Of a DNA stretch of 32,000 bases, positions 1-9,040 are shown one piece after another. The position numbers were made by a program, and so were the translations under genes. Numbering within the stretch: the stretch's first letter is position 1; each line of letters begins with the position of its first letter. Source of the DNA: Pseudodesulfovibrio piezophilus C1TLV30 (GTDB lineage Bacteria; Desulfobacterota; Desulfovibrionia; Desulfovibrionales; Desulfovibrionaceae); the NCBI RefSeq assembly GCF_000341895.1, contig NC_020409.1, positions 240,001 to 272,000 on the forward strand, in the 5' to 3' direction. The notes beneath the pieces are model-generated. The model made no database searches. It was not told the origin of the DNA and saw nothing but the letters and a program-made list of their open reading frames with translations.

Positions 1-1
1 G

Positions 2-217
2 CTCTTTTCAGTAATGGAAGAAGAATACATGAAAGATGGTACGCACCCATTTCGTCTTTTACCGGCTCATTACCATGAAGCGATGGCCACGAGCAGTCAT
101 TTACAAAAAAAACGGATGTTGTGTGATTATTTATCAGGAATGACAGATGGATTTGTCGTCCGAACATATAAGCGACTCTTTGACCCGGACTTTGGGTCTA
201 TCATCGATCTTATTTAG
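2..217 (+). CDS. C-terminal fragment of a dGTPase-family (HD-domain dNTP triphosphohydrolase-like) protein; the 5' end lies outside the window
   Basis: The reading frame is open from base 2, with no stop before the listed ATG at 14. The tail ...[11 protein letters not shown]... resembles the conserved DY(I/L)xGMTD C-terminal motif of Dgt-type triphosphohydrolases. Stop at 215-217. Confidence 0.55.
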   Translation, partial: LFSVMEEEYMKDGTHPFRLLPAHYHEAMATSSHLQKKRMLCDYLSGMTDGFVVRTYKRLFDPDFGSIIDLI

Positions 218-263
218 AAGTAGAGGTGCTTTCTTCGCCGGAAGCGCTATGCAGTGACTGAAA

Positions 264-491
264 TTATTCTTTTTTTTCCTGAATAACATCAACGTCCTGA
301 TGTTCTAGAACAATTTGTTTTCCTTCTTCATTCTCAAATGTATACGTCTGAGATTGGACGTCATATTCGAGAGCGCCCATTGCAGTATATTTCTGACCAT
401 TTTTAGTGGTGACCTGATACGATTTTGTTCCACATCCAAATATGGAGAGGGACACTGTCACAAGTATGATGAGGGTATATATTTTTTTCAT
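264..491 (-). CDS. Small lipoprotein, YgdI/YgdR (DUF903)-like
   Basis: 75 aa with a signal peptide and lipobox (SIFG-C). The mature part (KSYQVTTKNGQKY...YTFENEEGKQIVLEHQDVDVIQE) aligns by eye with E. coli YgdI/YgdR, which is the same length and has the same Y-x-V-x-T-x-(N/D)-G pattern. Confidence 0.65.
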   Translation of the reverse strand: MKKIYTLIILVTVSLSIFGCGTKSYQVTTKNGQKYTAMGALEYDVQSQTYTFENEEGKQIVLEHQDVDVIQEKKE

Positions 492-541
492 GTCAAATCC
501 TGTTGCCTGTTAAGAAGCAATGCTGGGAGCATACTATGCTC

Positions 542-1384
542 TCAATGTTTTGAGCAACACCTATTTGAAGGTGCTGGAGAGCTGAGTGCGGCTTGGTGAT
601 GCATCAAGAGTTTCCCCGCATTGCCCAATATCTTTTCGAGATTAGGCTCTGAAAGTTTCAGTCGCTGTTGGAGTTGGTTGATTTCATTATTGGCATCAAA
701 GAGTGGGTAATCGCTTCCAAAGAGAATGCGGTCAATTCCGAATGAGTTGAAAAGGCGCTTAAGCATCACATCATCCACAAAGGCTGTCGTGCTTGAGGAA
801 TCGACGTAAATATCCAATGGCGCAAGGAATTTAAGAGATTCTTCCCAATGACAATATCCTCCCATATGAGCTGCAACTATGGTTGGCTTTGGAAATGTCA
901 TTCGGAGTTTGGCCATCTTCTGAGGGCAGGAAGGGTTCAATTCAGGTGGAAGGGTATCCCCAACATGGAAAAGGCAGATAAATCTATCATCTATGATCTC
1001 CATGAGTTCATAAAATGATGAGTCGTCCATTCTAAACCCTTGAAAATCAGGGTGAAATTTCAAACCCACAATGCCATTCTTTTCCAGTCGGTCAAGTTCA
1101 GCCTCTATTTGGGAGCTGTGAGGGTGCATTGTGCCAAAAGGAATAAGTTTCTCGTGAGCATGCTTCATTGAAATAGCCCAGTTGTTGGCTGGGATAACCT
1201 GTGAAGGTGTTGTGGCAGCGGTTAAGACAACTCCTCGATCCAGTTCTGCTGCATCAAGGTGAGCAAGAAGGTCTTCAACTATCCCAGTCCCTATGGGCCT
1301 GATCGAGTAATGATCTTCAAGTTGAGTCAACACCTTTTGCGCTATCTTGTGGTGAAAGACATGTGTATGAACATCTATTCGCAT
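542..1384 (-). CDS. Metal-dependent TIM-barrel amidohydrolase (amidohydrolase-2 type)
   Basis: N-terminal MRIDVHTHVF (HxH metal motif), internal HMGG and a C-terminal FGSDYP motif are typical of the PF04909-like amidohydrolase family. The ORF track extends to a TTG at 1444, which would overlap the upstream thioesterase stop by 8 nt. I prefer the ATG at 1384 directly before the HxH motif, but the start is uncertain. Confidence 0.7.
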   Translation of the reverse strand: MRIDVHTHVFHHKIAQKVLTQLEDHYSIRPIGTGIVEDLLAHLDAAELDRGVVLTAATTPSQVIPANNWAISMKHAHEKLIPFGTMHPHSSQIEAELDRLEKNGIVGLKFHPDFQGFRMDDSSFYELMEIIDDRFICLFHVGDTLPPELNPSCPQKMAKLRMTFPKPTIVAAHMGGYCHWEESLKFLAPLDIYVDSSSTTAFVDDVMLKRLFNSFGIDRILFGSDYPLFDANNEINQLQQRLKLSEPNLEKILGNAGKLLMHHQAALSSPAPSNRCCSKH

Positions 1385-1436
1385 GAGAGCAGGGTGCCAG
1401 ACAGAGGAGAGCGTGTAAACAGCTGTTTGAAAATGA

Positions 1437-1856
1437 TCAGTCAAAAAGCTCTTTGAGCCACTCCGGTATTCTTACAGGTTTTCCTTCATTCCCAATAGCC
1501 GCATGCTCAGTCATCCCTGTGGCATGAAGTGTTGTTTTTTCTGCATCCCATATCTCATACACAAACCGCATTGATGCCCGGCTCCATTTCTCAATCCCGA
1601 CTCTGATGTAGATTTCATCGTCAAAGCGTATAGGGGCACGGTATCGACAATTTGCCTCACGTACAGGAAGTATTATGCCGCGTTTCTCAACTTCAGCATA
1701 GCTCATACCGCGTTCTCTTATGTAAAGACTTCGAGCACGTTCAAAGAGATGAAGATATTCGGCATAATATAAGACTCCCATGGTATCTGTTTCTCCGTAT
1801 GAGACGAAATGATGATACCAGCTGTCAGAGAGTGGGAATGTTGACTTGGGCGACAT
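1437..1856 (-). CDS. ybgC: Acyl-CoA thioesterase, YbgC/FadM (4HBT hot-dog fold) family
   Basis: 139 aa. The YGETDTMGVLYYAEYLHLFERAR... N-terminal signature, with the catalytic Asp in the xxD(T/x)MG(V/H)VY motif, is typical of 4HBT thioesterases. Its ATG overlaps the upstream gene's stop (TAATG at 1854-1858). Confidence 0.8.
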   Translation of the reverse strand: MSPKSTFPLSDSWYHHFVSYGETDTMGVLYYAEYLHLFERARSLYIRERGMSYAEVEKRGIILPVREANCRYRAPIRFDDEIYIRVGIEKWSRASMRFVYEIWDAEKTTLHATGMTEHAAIGNEGKPVRIPEWLKELFD

Positions 1857-3052
1857 TATTTGAGTCCAAATTGTTTGAGAGCATAGGAAAGCAATGTGTA
1901 ACCGTCATTCAGGACCAGACCGGACGAGCACGCAGTGTCTTCACTGAAAGCATCTACTTTAGAAGAGGGACAGCCTGGCCCATTCAAGAGAAATGGAACT
2001 GGATCTGTTGTGTGTGTGCGTTCGGCTATTGGCGTGAAATGGTCACAGGTAACTATCCAGGCGATTTCTTCATTTTTGAGAGCTTCCCTGAGCGGTGCAA
2101 CGATTTTTGCATCAAAACGGGTAATTGCTTCAATTTTATCGGCTGCATTCCCTCCATGTCCGCATTCATCGGGACCTTCGAGGTGAACGAATACGAAATC
2201 ATTTTCTTCCAAGAATTTCAGCGCGGCATCAACTTTTCCCTGGTAATTTGTATCCAGCAATCCATTTGCGCCTTCAACATCTATGACCGACATTCCGGAT
2301 GCGTGACCAAGTCCCTTGATAAGATCTACAGCTGAGATGACTGCGCCTTTCAGGCCGAAAGTTTCTTCGAAATTCGGTAGATTGAGTGGGCTCCCCTGTC
2401 CCCAAGGCCAGATGGAGTTGGCTTTGCTTGTGTTGAAAGTCCTATCGTGGAGTAAGTCCTTGGCTTCAAAAACGAGATCCCAAAGATCTGGACAACGGGA
2501 GAAGGCCCGGAGATCATATTTGATTGATTTATCAGTGATATCATGAGGTGGATTGATATGGAGGGCTGCCTCATCACTGTTTGCACCATCTTTTTGTATC
2601 AGAAGATGACGATACTGGATTCCGGGACAGAAAGTATATGTTTCGTTTCCGAGCTTTTTCTGGAGGTTCTCGACAATGGGTCTGGAAACCTCAGTCGCAA
2701 TATGACCTGAAGAGTAGTCCCTCATGATACCATCAATAGTCAGTTTTGAGACAGAGACAAGGTTGAGCCTCCAGACCAGATCGTCCGGGGCAAGCTCAAG
2801 GCCCTGGGCGGCTGCTTCTATGGGCCCCCTGCCTGTGTGGTAAACAGATGGATCAAAGCCGAGCAGTGCCATATTGGCAACATCTGAACCTGGCTGCATC
2901 CCCTGGGGAACAGTTTGGGCTACTCCGACAATGCCGTTTGCAGCCAAGTCATCCATTTGTGGGGTTTGGGCCAACTCCATGGTTGTTTTGCCACCCAACG
3001 CATCAAGAGGCCATCCGCCCATACCATCGGCGATTAAGTAAACTATTTTCAT
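1856..3052 (-). CDS. apgM: Cofactor-independent phosphoglycerate-mutase homologue (archaeal ApgM type); probable non-canonical homoserine kinase
   Basis: 398 aa. The N-terminus MKIVYLIADGMGGWP...TPQMD, the metal-binding GSDVANMALLG and the C-terminal HLEGPDECGHGG / VTCDHFTP are alkaline-phosphatase-superfamily ApgM motifs. The gene lies 12 nt downstream of hom. Confidence 0.8.
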   Translation of the reverse strand: MKIVYLIADGMGGWPLDALGGKTTMELAQTPQMDDLAANGIVGVAQTVPQGMQPGSDVANMALLGFDPSVYHTGRGPIEAAAQGLELAPDDLVWRLNLVSVSKLTIDGIMRDYSSGHIATEVSRPIVENLQKKLGNETYTFCPGIQYRHLLIQKDGANSDEAALHINPPHDITDKSIKYDLRAFSRCPDLWDLVFEAKDLLHDRTFNTSKANSIWPWGQGSPLNLPNFEETFGLKGAVISAVDLIKGLGHASGMSVIDVEGANGLLDTNYQGKVDAALKFLEENDFVFVHLEGPDECGHGGNAADKIEAITRFDAKIVAPLREALKNEEIAWIVTCDHFTPIAERTHTTDPVPFLLNGPGCPSSKVDAFSEDTACSSGLVLNDGYTLLSYALKQFGLK

Positions 3053-3064
3053 CCCGAATTCCGG

Positions 3065-4363
3065 TTAGAGGATTCTGAATTTGACGCACGGTTCCACGGT
3101 GAAGTCCATGGCATCAATTTCTGAAATGACTGCATCGACAGATCGTGTCGTGGTTTCATGGCTGATAATAACGAGAGGGACCCCTTCCGCTCCGGCTTCA
3201 CCTTTTTGGACCGATTGTGCGATGGAGACACCATGCTCAGCCATGGACTTTGTAATAGCTGCCATGACTCCTGTTCGATCGGCCACCGTGAATCTGAAAT
3301 AGTACTTTGATTCGGATTCTTCAGGAGGAAGAATTTTTGCTTTTCGAAGGGGCTGGTTGCCAAAGCCTGTATTATCCGGGAACGAGCACTGGCTTTTCAT
3401 CTGTCGTGCCAGATTCATGATATCAGACAAGACCGCACTCCCGGTCGGCAAATCTCCGGCCCCTTGACCATGAAGCATGATCGGACCAACAGCATTCCCT
3501 TCGAGCCGAACAGCATTGTAATTTCCTCCGACCCTCGCGAGAAGATAGGTATATGGAACCAGGGCTGGGTGAACTCCTGCTTCCAATCGTCCTTTGATAT
3601 CAGTGACGTGTGCCAAGAGTTTTACTCTGTAGCCAAACTCCCGTGCAAACTGGATATCCATAGGGGTAATTCCGGTAATGCCTTGAATCGGGATTTCGGA
3701 GAGAGGATAGTCGACTCCGTATGCCATGCGAATAAGTATGCACAGTTTGTGAGCTGTATCCAGTCCTTCAATGTCGAAAGTTGGGTCAGCTTCGGCATAC
3801 CCGAGATCCTGTGCATCAGCGAGAGCTGAATTGAAATTGACGCCTTTGGTCGTCATCTCGGAAAGAATATAATTGGCAGTACCATTCATGATCCCGAGCA
3901 GTGTGACTACCTCATCTCCGGCCAGACTCTCCTTGAGAGTCTGGACAACGGGAATGCCCCCAGCGCAACTTGCTTCAAACATGAGGCCAACATTCTTGTC
4001 ACGAGCAGCATCAAAAAGTTCAAGGCCATGCTCCGCCAAAAGATGTTTATTGGCGGTTACAACATGCTTACCCGCACTGAAGGCTTTAAGTATGAGTTCT
4101 CTGGCAGTATCAATTCCCCCCATAAGTTCAACGATGATGTCAATCTCTGGGTCATTGACCAATGTTTCCACATTGTCTGTGAAGGTGACGTTTTTGCCTG
4201 GATCAACTGTTCGTTTTTTTTCAAGATCCCTTACGAGAATCGATTTTATCGCGATCTGTTTGCCCAATCGTTTTTCTATACGATCAGCATTCATTTCGAG
4301 TATCTTTGCCAGCCCCGAGCCGACAGTGCCAAAACCGGCTATACCGAGTTTGATAGATTCCAT
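3065..4363 (-). CDS. hom: Homoserine dehydrogenase with C-terminal ACT domain
   Basis: 432 aa. NAD-binding GIAGFGTVGSG, catalytic-region motifs (VVTANK, GIMNGTANYIL, AEADPTFDIEG) and a C-terminal ACT-like segment (YYFRFTVADRTGVMAAI). Confidence 0.92.
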   Translation of the reverse strand: MESIKLGIAGFGTVGSGLAKILEMNADRIEKRLGKQIAIKSILVRDLEKKRTVDPGKNVTFTDNVETLVNDPEIDIIVELMGGIDTARELILKAFSAGKHVVTANKHLLAEHGLELFDAARDKNVGLMFEASCAGGIPVVQTLKESLAGDEVVTLLGIMNGTANYILSEMTTKGVNFNSALADAQDLGYAEADPTFDIEGLDTAHKLCILIRMAYGVDYPLSEIPIQGITGITPMDIQFAREFGYRVKLLAHVTDIKGRLEAGVHPALVPYTYLLARVGGNYNAVRLEGNAVGPIMLHGQGAGDLPTGSAVLSDIMNLARQMKSQCSFPDNTGFGNQPLRKAKILPPEESESKYYFRFTVADRTGVMAAITKSMAEHGVSIAQSVQKGEAGAEGVPLVIISHETTTRSVDAVISEIDAMDFTVEPCVKFRIL

Positions 4364-4366
4364 GTA

Positions 4367-5578
4367 TTATCCTTTAGAGAAAAATTTTCGTAGATTACGC
4401 ACAGCCTGGTTGGTGCGGTGTCGGTTTTCAACAAAGCTGAATCGTACGTGGTCATCTCCATATTGACCAAATCCCAGGCCGGGCGAAACAGCTACCTCGG
4501 CTTCCTGAAGGAGCATTTTGGAGAATTCAACAGATCCCATTTTTTTGAATTCTTCGGGGATCGGAGCCCATAAAAACATGGTGGCCTTGGGCGGCGTGAC
4601 TTCCCACCCAATGCGATTGAGTCCTTCACAGAGCGCGTCGCGGCGATCCGTGTATACCGCCATGATTTCCTTGACGGCTTTGTCCATATCATCTTTACAG
4701 AATTTGGGATCATCACCCAAATCACCATTGAGAGCGCAGGTCGCAGCGATCTGGATTGGCTGGTAAATTCCATAATCAAGATAACTCTTGATACGTGTCA
4801 AAGCCTGCACCATGTCAGGATTTCCAACGCAGAAACCAACACGCATCCCAGCCATGGAATAGCTCTTCGTCATGGAAAAGAATTCGACGCCGACATCTTT
4901 GGCTCCTTCGGCCTGCATGAAACTGGGCGCTTCGTAACCATCGAAAACAAAGTCGGCATAGGCAAGGTCATGAATAACATAGAGTTCATGTTCCTTGGCA
5001 AAATCAACAATACGCTGAAAAAAGTCCAACTCAACACATTGCGTGGTTGGGTTATGCGGAAAATTAATGATCAGCAACTTGGGCTTTGGCCATGTATGCT
5101 TAACGGCTGTTTCAAGGTTCTCAAAAAAATCTTGTCCCGGGCCGATGGGAACCCTGCGGACGTCTGCGCCCGCTATGATCGATGCGTATGGGTGAATTGG
5201 GTATGCCGGGTCCGGAGCTAGGACGACATCACCCGGACTGAGCATGGCAAGAGCCAAGTGAGCGAGGCCTTCCTTCGCTCCCATGGTAACACACACTTCC
5301 TGATTCCAGTCCAGGGAAACGCCATATCTGCGAAAATACCAATCACGGATGGCTTTTCTTAAACCTTTAATACCCTTCGATGCAGAATACTTTGAATTTC
5401 CAGGCTTGTACGCCGCCTCTGCCAGCTTGTCGAGAATCGGTTTTGGTGTGGGCACATCGGGGTTGCCCATTCCCAGGTCAATGATATCTGCGCCCGCGTG
5501 GCGCAATTTCATTTTAAGCTCATTGACCTGGGCAAAAACATACGGGGGTAGTCTGTCGACTCTCGCAAACTTAGACAT
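4367..5578 (-). CDS. Class I/II PLP-dependent aminotransferase, AlaC-like (alanine/glutamate-pyruvate type)
   Basis: 403 aa. The N-terminus [36 protein letters not shown] closely parallels E. coli AlaC. PLP-lysine context [14 protein letters not shown]. Its stop is 3 nt from the hom start. Confidence 0.85.
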   Translation of the reverse strand: MSKFARVDRLPPYVFAQVNELKMKLRHAGADIIDLGMGNPDVPTPKPILDKLAEAAYKPGNSKYSASKGIKGLRKAIRDWYFRRYGVSLDWNQEVCVTMGAKEGLAHLALAMLSPGDVVLAPDPAYPIHPYASIIAGADVRRVPIGPGQDFFENLETAVKHTWPKPKLLIINFPHNPTTQCVELDFFQRIVDFAKEHELYVIHDLAYADFVFDGYEAPSFMQAEGAKDVGVEFFSMTKSYSMAGMRVGFCVGNPDMVQALTRIKSYLDYGIYQPIQIAATCALNGDLGDDPKFCKDDMDKAVKEIMAVYTDRRDALCEGLNRIGWEVTPPKATMFLWAPIPEEFKKMGSVEFSKMLLQEAEVAVSPGLGFGQYGDDHVRFSFVENRHRTNQAVRNLRKFFSKG

Positions 5579-5766
5579 GTCTGAAAACTCCTCAATAATA
5601 TATTAATGCAAGTTTTTTTACATACGCTGGAGGGTAGGGGCTGTCAAAACGAAATTGGATGATATTCACCCGAGTATCTTGACCTCTCCGGTCGTTTTTT
5701 TTAGCGTCCATATTCTATTGCTGCAATACACGTCATTGAGACGGAAAATTCCTTAAGGAGATACAC

Positions 5767-6690
5767 ATGGTACAGAAATCAGAGACTATCTGGTTTGATG
5801 GAAAACAGGTTCCCTGGGACGAAGCAAATGTCCACGTCCTGACGCATACTCTCCACTATGGAGCAGGTGTTTTTGAAGGCATACGGGCCTATGAATGTGC
5901 CGATGGTTCTTCTGAGGTCTTTCGCCTTGAAGAGCATATGGGGCGTCTTGTCAATTCTGCGAAAATACTCGGGATCAAAGTTCCTTACACTGCAGAGGAG
6001 TTGACCGAAGCTGCAATTGAGACTTTGAAACTCAATAAACTGGCCGGAGCTTATATTCGCCCCTTGGTCTTTATTGGTGAAGGAGCCATGGGAGTCCATC
6101 CAGGGGACAATCCTATTCGGACTATCATCGCAACATGGCCATGGGGGGCTTATCTTGGAGAAGATGCTTTGGAAAAAGGTATTGATATCAAGACAAGCAC
6201 CTTTAATCGCCATCATGTGAATGTCATGATGACCAAATCAAAGGCATGCGGTAATTATGTGAATTCCGTGCTTGCCAAGACCGAGGCTGTGGCGGATGGC
6301 TACCATGAGGCAGTTCTACTTGATACCACGGGGCATGTCTCCGAAGGAACTGGAGAGAACATCTTTATCGTCGTGAATGATGTTATTTATACCCCGTGCG
6401 TCGATGGTGTGCTCGGCGGCCTGACTCGGGACTCCATTTTGAGCATGGCAAATGACCTGGGTTATGAGACTCGCGAAGAGCCTCTCACTCGCGATATGCT
6501 GTATATTGCCGATGAAGTTTTCTTTACCGGGACTGCTGCGGAGTTGACCCCAGTCAGTTCTGTTGATCGTCGTCAGATCGGTAATGGTCTGGCCGGACCT
6601 GTCGCCAAGTTGCTCCAGAGCGAGTACTTCAAGGTCGTCAAAGGCGAAAATCCGGATTATGAACACTGGTTGCATCGCTATCAGGTGTAA
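5767..6690 (+). CDS. ilvE: Branched-chain amino acid aminotransferase
   Basis: 307 aa. Class IV aminotransferase motifs (YGAGVFEGIRAY, MTKSKACGNYVNSVLA, EGTGENIF, FFTGTAAELTPV). AAGGAG Shine-Dalgarno sequence upstream. Confidence 0.92.
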   Translation: MVQKSETIWFDGKQVPWDEANVHVLTHTLHYGAGVFEGIRAYECADGSSEVFRLEEHMGRLVNSAKILGIKVPYTAEELTEAAIETLKLNKLAGAYIRPLVFIGEGAMGVHPGDNPIRTIIATWPWGAYLGEDALEKGIDIKTSTFNRHHVNVMMTKSKACGNYVNSVLAKTEAVADGYHEAVLLDTTGHVSEGTGENIFIVVNDVIYTPCVDGVLGGLTRDSILSMANDLGYETREEPLTRDMLYIADEVFFTGTAAELTPVSSVDRRQIGNGLAGPVAKLLQSEYFKVVKGENPDYEHWLHRYQV

Positions 6691-6727
6691 TGGAAAGTCT
6701 AGAAAACCAGTGCTTGATCTGGTAGGT

Positions 6728-6768
6728 AAAAAGGGAAATCCGGCGCGGGATGTCGGTTTTCCCTTTTT
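6728..6768 (+). terminator. Rho-independent terminator after ilvE
   Basis: AAAAAGGGAAATCCG / CGGTTTTCCCTTTTT arms give 14 bp with one T-T mismatch around an 11-nt loop, and the right arm ends in T5. The A-tract on the left makes it formally bidirectional. Confidence 0.6.
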
Positions 6769-6818
6769 CAATGTGAATAATCCTATGACTTTTACTTGCG
6801 CCAAAGCTTCGGGGCCCC

Positions 6819-8690
6819 ATGAGTACATCGAATCTTACTGCCAAATACCGTCCGCAAACATTTTCTGATGTAGCCGGACAGGACGCCATCAAAGCCATTC
6901 TTTCCCGTGCCGCTGCCACAGATAAGGTCGCACCGGCCTATCTGTTTTCCGGGACGAGAGGGGTTGGCAAGACCACCATTGCACGTATTTTTGCCAAGGC
7001 CTTGAATTGTGTCAATGCCCCGACTGCCGAACCGTGTAATGTCTGCTCGAATTGCAAGCAGATTACAGCAGGGGTAGCCGTTGATGTTATTGAAATCGAT
7101 GGTGCTTCCAACCGTGGTATTGATGACGCAAGGCGGTTGAAAGAAGATATAGGTTATGCTCCGGTCGAGTGCCGATACAAAGTCTTCATTATTGATGAGG
7201 CACACATGTTGACCAAAGAGGCTTTCAATGCATTATTGAAAACATTGGAAGAGCCACCGCCGCGAGCCACGTTCATAATGGCAACGACGGAACCTCATAA
7301 ATTCCCGGCAACCATTATCAGTCGATGTCAACATTATATTTACAAAATGCTCTCTCAGTCTGAGCTCGTGACCCATTTGGAAAATATTATGAATATGGAA
7401 GAGCTTCCCTTTGAACCAGGTGCTCTTCAGATAATAGCCAAACGTGGCGCCGGGAGTGTGCGTGACTCAATGTCCTTGCTTGGGCAATCCTTGGCCATGG
7501 GGACAGATGTTCTGCGCGAGGAGGATGTCCGCAGTTTCCTCGGATTGGCAGGACAGGATGTTTTTTTTCAGCTGATGGCAGCCATGCATTCACGGGACCT
7601 TGTTGAAGTGGGAATGGTGCTGCGGCAGGTGCTTGATCAAGGGCTTGACCTTGGGTTCTTTTTGCGCGAACTGACGAATTGTTGGCGCAACATGTTCCTT
7701 CTGCGTCAGGCAGGAGATGCTGCTTTACCTCTTCTCGGATTTTCAGGGGAAGAAGCCGTGACTTGGAAGGAGTGGGCTGGGAAGTTTGAAGCCGCACATA
7801 TCCATGCTTGCTGGCAAATGACGCTGGATGGGCAAAGAAAAGTCATGACGAGTCTTGAACCAGCCTTGGCGCTCGAATTACTTTTGTTGAATTTGACGTG
7901 CCTTCCTGACCTTATCAATCTGGAAGCCGTTGGTTCCAGTGGAACTGGAAATGGTAGCACTCCGCCGCGGCCTAACCCCAGTGGGGCAGGTGGCTCATTT
8001 GGCGGGCAACATGGTGGTGGCCCCGGTAATACTCCTCGTGGAGGAACTCCTCCGTATGGAGGGCAACGTTTTAATGCTCCGGCACAGTCTGCCGGAGTCG
8101 TTCCAAGCGCACAGCAAGGGGGATTTCCCTCTCGTCAGAACCATGTTCCCAATCGTCAGGAACATACAGCGGCGATTCCGTCGCCATCGGCCGGGATTTC
8201 TGTACCTCCTCGAGCGGATGGTCAGGGAAAGGGGACTTCGGTGCCTGAGGCAGGTATTGTTTCAGAGGAGCCTCATTTACCTCCCTCAGCTCGAATTTTA
8301 GCCTCCTCTCCGCAAGTTTCAAGGCCTCGGGGCGCAAGAGATTGGAATGGTTTTCTCGATTTTGTCAACGAGCACAATGGGAATTCTCCGGTGAAAGCAG
8401 CCCAACTTCGTTTGAACAATGGCGAGTTGCAGGGAGATGAGCTTGTCATCACGTGTGGAACTCGTATGCAATGTTCTCAACTTTCAGAAAGTCCGGTCCT
8501 TATGGCACTGGAATCCCTGACTAAGGATTACTTTGGGCCAACGGTTGAAGTTACAGTGAAAACAGGCGATATTGCGGTCCGCAAGTCGGACAGGCAACTC
8601 AAGGAAGAGGCTGAGGTTCACCCCGGTGTGACGAAGATCATGGAAGCATTTAGTGCTCAGTTGATCTCTGTCAGTCCTCGTAAACAATAA
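6819..8690 (+). CDS. dnaX: DNA polymerase III subunit tau (gamma/tau)
   Basis: 623 aa. AAA+ clamp-loader N-terminus (KYRPQTFSDVAGQD, GTRGVGKTT, zinc module CNVCSNC, IIDEAHML, SRCQ), followed by a long P/G/Q-rich linker and a C-terminal domain. Confidence 0.92.
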   Translation: MSTSNLTAKYRPQTFSDVAGQDAIKAILSRAAATDKVAPAYLFSGTRGVGKTTIARIFAKALNCVNAPTAEPCNVCSNCKQITAGVAVDVIEIDGASNRGIDDARRLKEDIGYAPVECRYKVFIIDEAHMLTKEAFNALLKTLEEPPPRATFIMATTEPHKFPATIISRCQHYIYKMLSQSELVTHLENIMNMEELPFEPGALQIIAKRGAGSVRDSMSLLGQSLAMGTDVLREEDVRSFLGLAGQDVFFQLMAAMHSRDLVEVGMVLRQVLDQGLDLGFFLRELTNCWRNMFLLRQAGDAALPLLGFSGEEAVTWKEWAGKFEAAHIHACWQMTLDGQRKVMTSLEPALALELLLLNLTCLPDLINLEAVGSSGTGNGSTPPRPNPSGAGGSFGGQHGGGPGNTPRGGTPPYGGQRFNAPAQSAGVVPSAQQGGFPSRQNHVPNRQEHTAAIPSPSAGISVPPRADGQGKGTSVPEAGIVSEEPHLPPSARILASSPQVSRPRGARDWNGFLDFVNEHNGNSPVKAAQLRLNNGELQGDELVITCGTRMQCSQLSESPVLMALESLTKDYFGPTVEVTVKTGDIAVRKSDRQLKEEAEVHPGVTKIMEAFSAQLISVSPRKQ

Positions 8691-8719
8691 TAATCACATA
8701 GAGTATTGAGGAGAATATA

Positions 8720-9031
8720 ATGAAAGGCATGAATGAAATGATCCGCCAGGCCCAGGTCATGCAGCGTAAAATGAGCGAAAAGCAGGAAGAACTGAAAGAA
8801 ACCATCGTTGAGGCTTCAAGCGGCGGTGGGATGGTGACGATCAAGGCAACCTGTGGGCAAGAGATTACTGAAGTTGCCATAGAAGATTCTGTCATGGAAG
8901 CTGGTGATAAAGATATGTTGCAGGATTTGATTTTGACTGCAACCAATGAAGCCCTCAAGAAATCCAAGGAAGTGATGGAAAAAGAACTGTCCTCGCTTAC
9001 TGGTGGTTTAAATATTCCGGGCATGTTTTAG
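8720..9031 (+). CDS. ybaB: Nucleoid-associated protein YbaB/EbfC
   Basis: 103 aa. MKGMNEMIRQAQVMQRKM...GGGMVTIKATCGQEI is the YbaB/EbfC family signature. The gene is in the conserved dnaX-ybaB-recR position. Confidence 0.9.
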   Translation: MKGMNEMIRQAQVMQRKMSEKQEELKETIVEASSGGGMVTIKATCGQEITEVAIEDSVMEAGDKDMLQDLILTATNEALKKSKEVMEKELSSLTGGLNIPGMF

Positions 9032-9040
9032 GAGCTTTTT

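Noticed and set aside
2-217. dGTPase as an anti-phage dNTP-depletion gene
   Set aside because: Only the last about 70 codons are in the window and the neighbourhood is housekeeping. Nothing distinguishes it from a chromosomal Dgt-like housekeeping enzyme.
1385-1400. TGGCAC-containing sequence (minus strand CTGGCACCCTGCTCTC) resembling a sigma-54 -24 element
   Set aside because: The GG-to-GC spacing does not fit the -24/-12 consensus (8 nt instead of 12). It also abuts the candidate start codon, leaving no room for a leader.
1652-2335. Long antisense ORFs opposite well-supported genes. Examples: 1652-2335(+), 3873-4466(+), 6316-6828(-), 10507-11004(-), 11823-12389(-), 13942-14424(-), 26741-27277(-), 30992-31510(-)
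   Set aside because: Each is fully embedded antisense in a gene with unmistakable family motifs. Their translations are Cys/Ser/Arg/Phe-rich with no motifs. They are typical shadow ORFs.
4204-7570. T8/A8 homopolymer runs inside hom (about 4206-4213) and dnaX (about 7563-7570) as possible slippage or phase-variation sites
   Set aside because: Both reading frames are intact through the runs and the genes are essential housekeeping functions. Runs of 8 in moderately AT-rich DNA are unremarkable.
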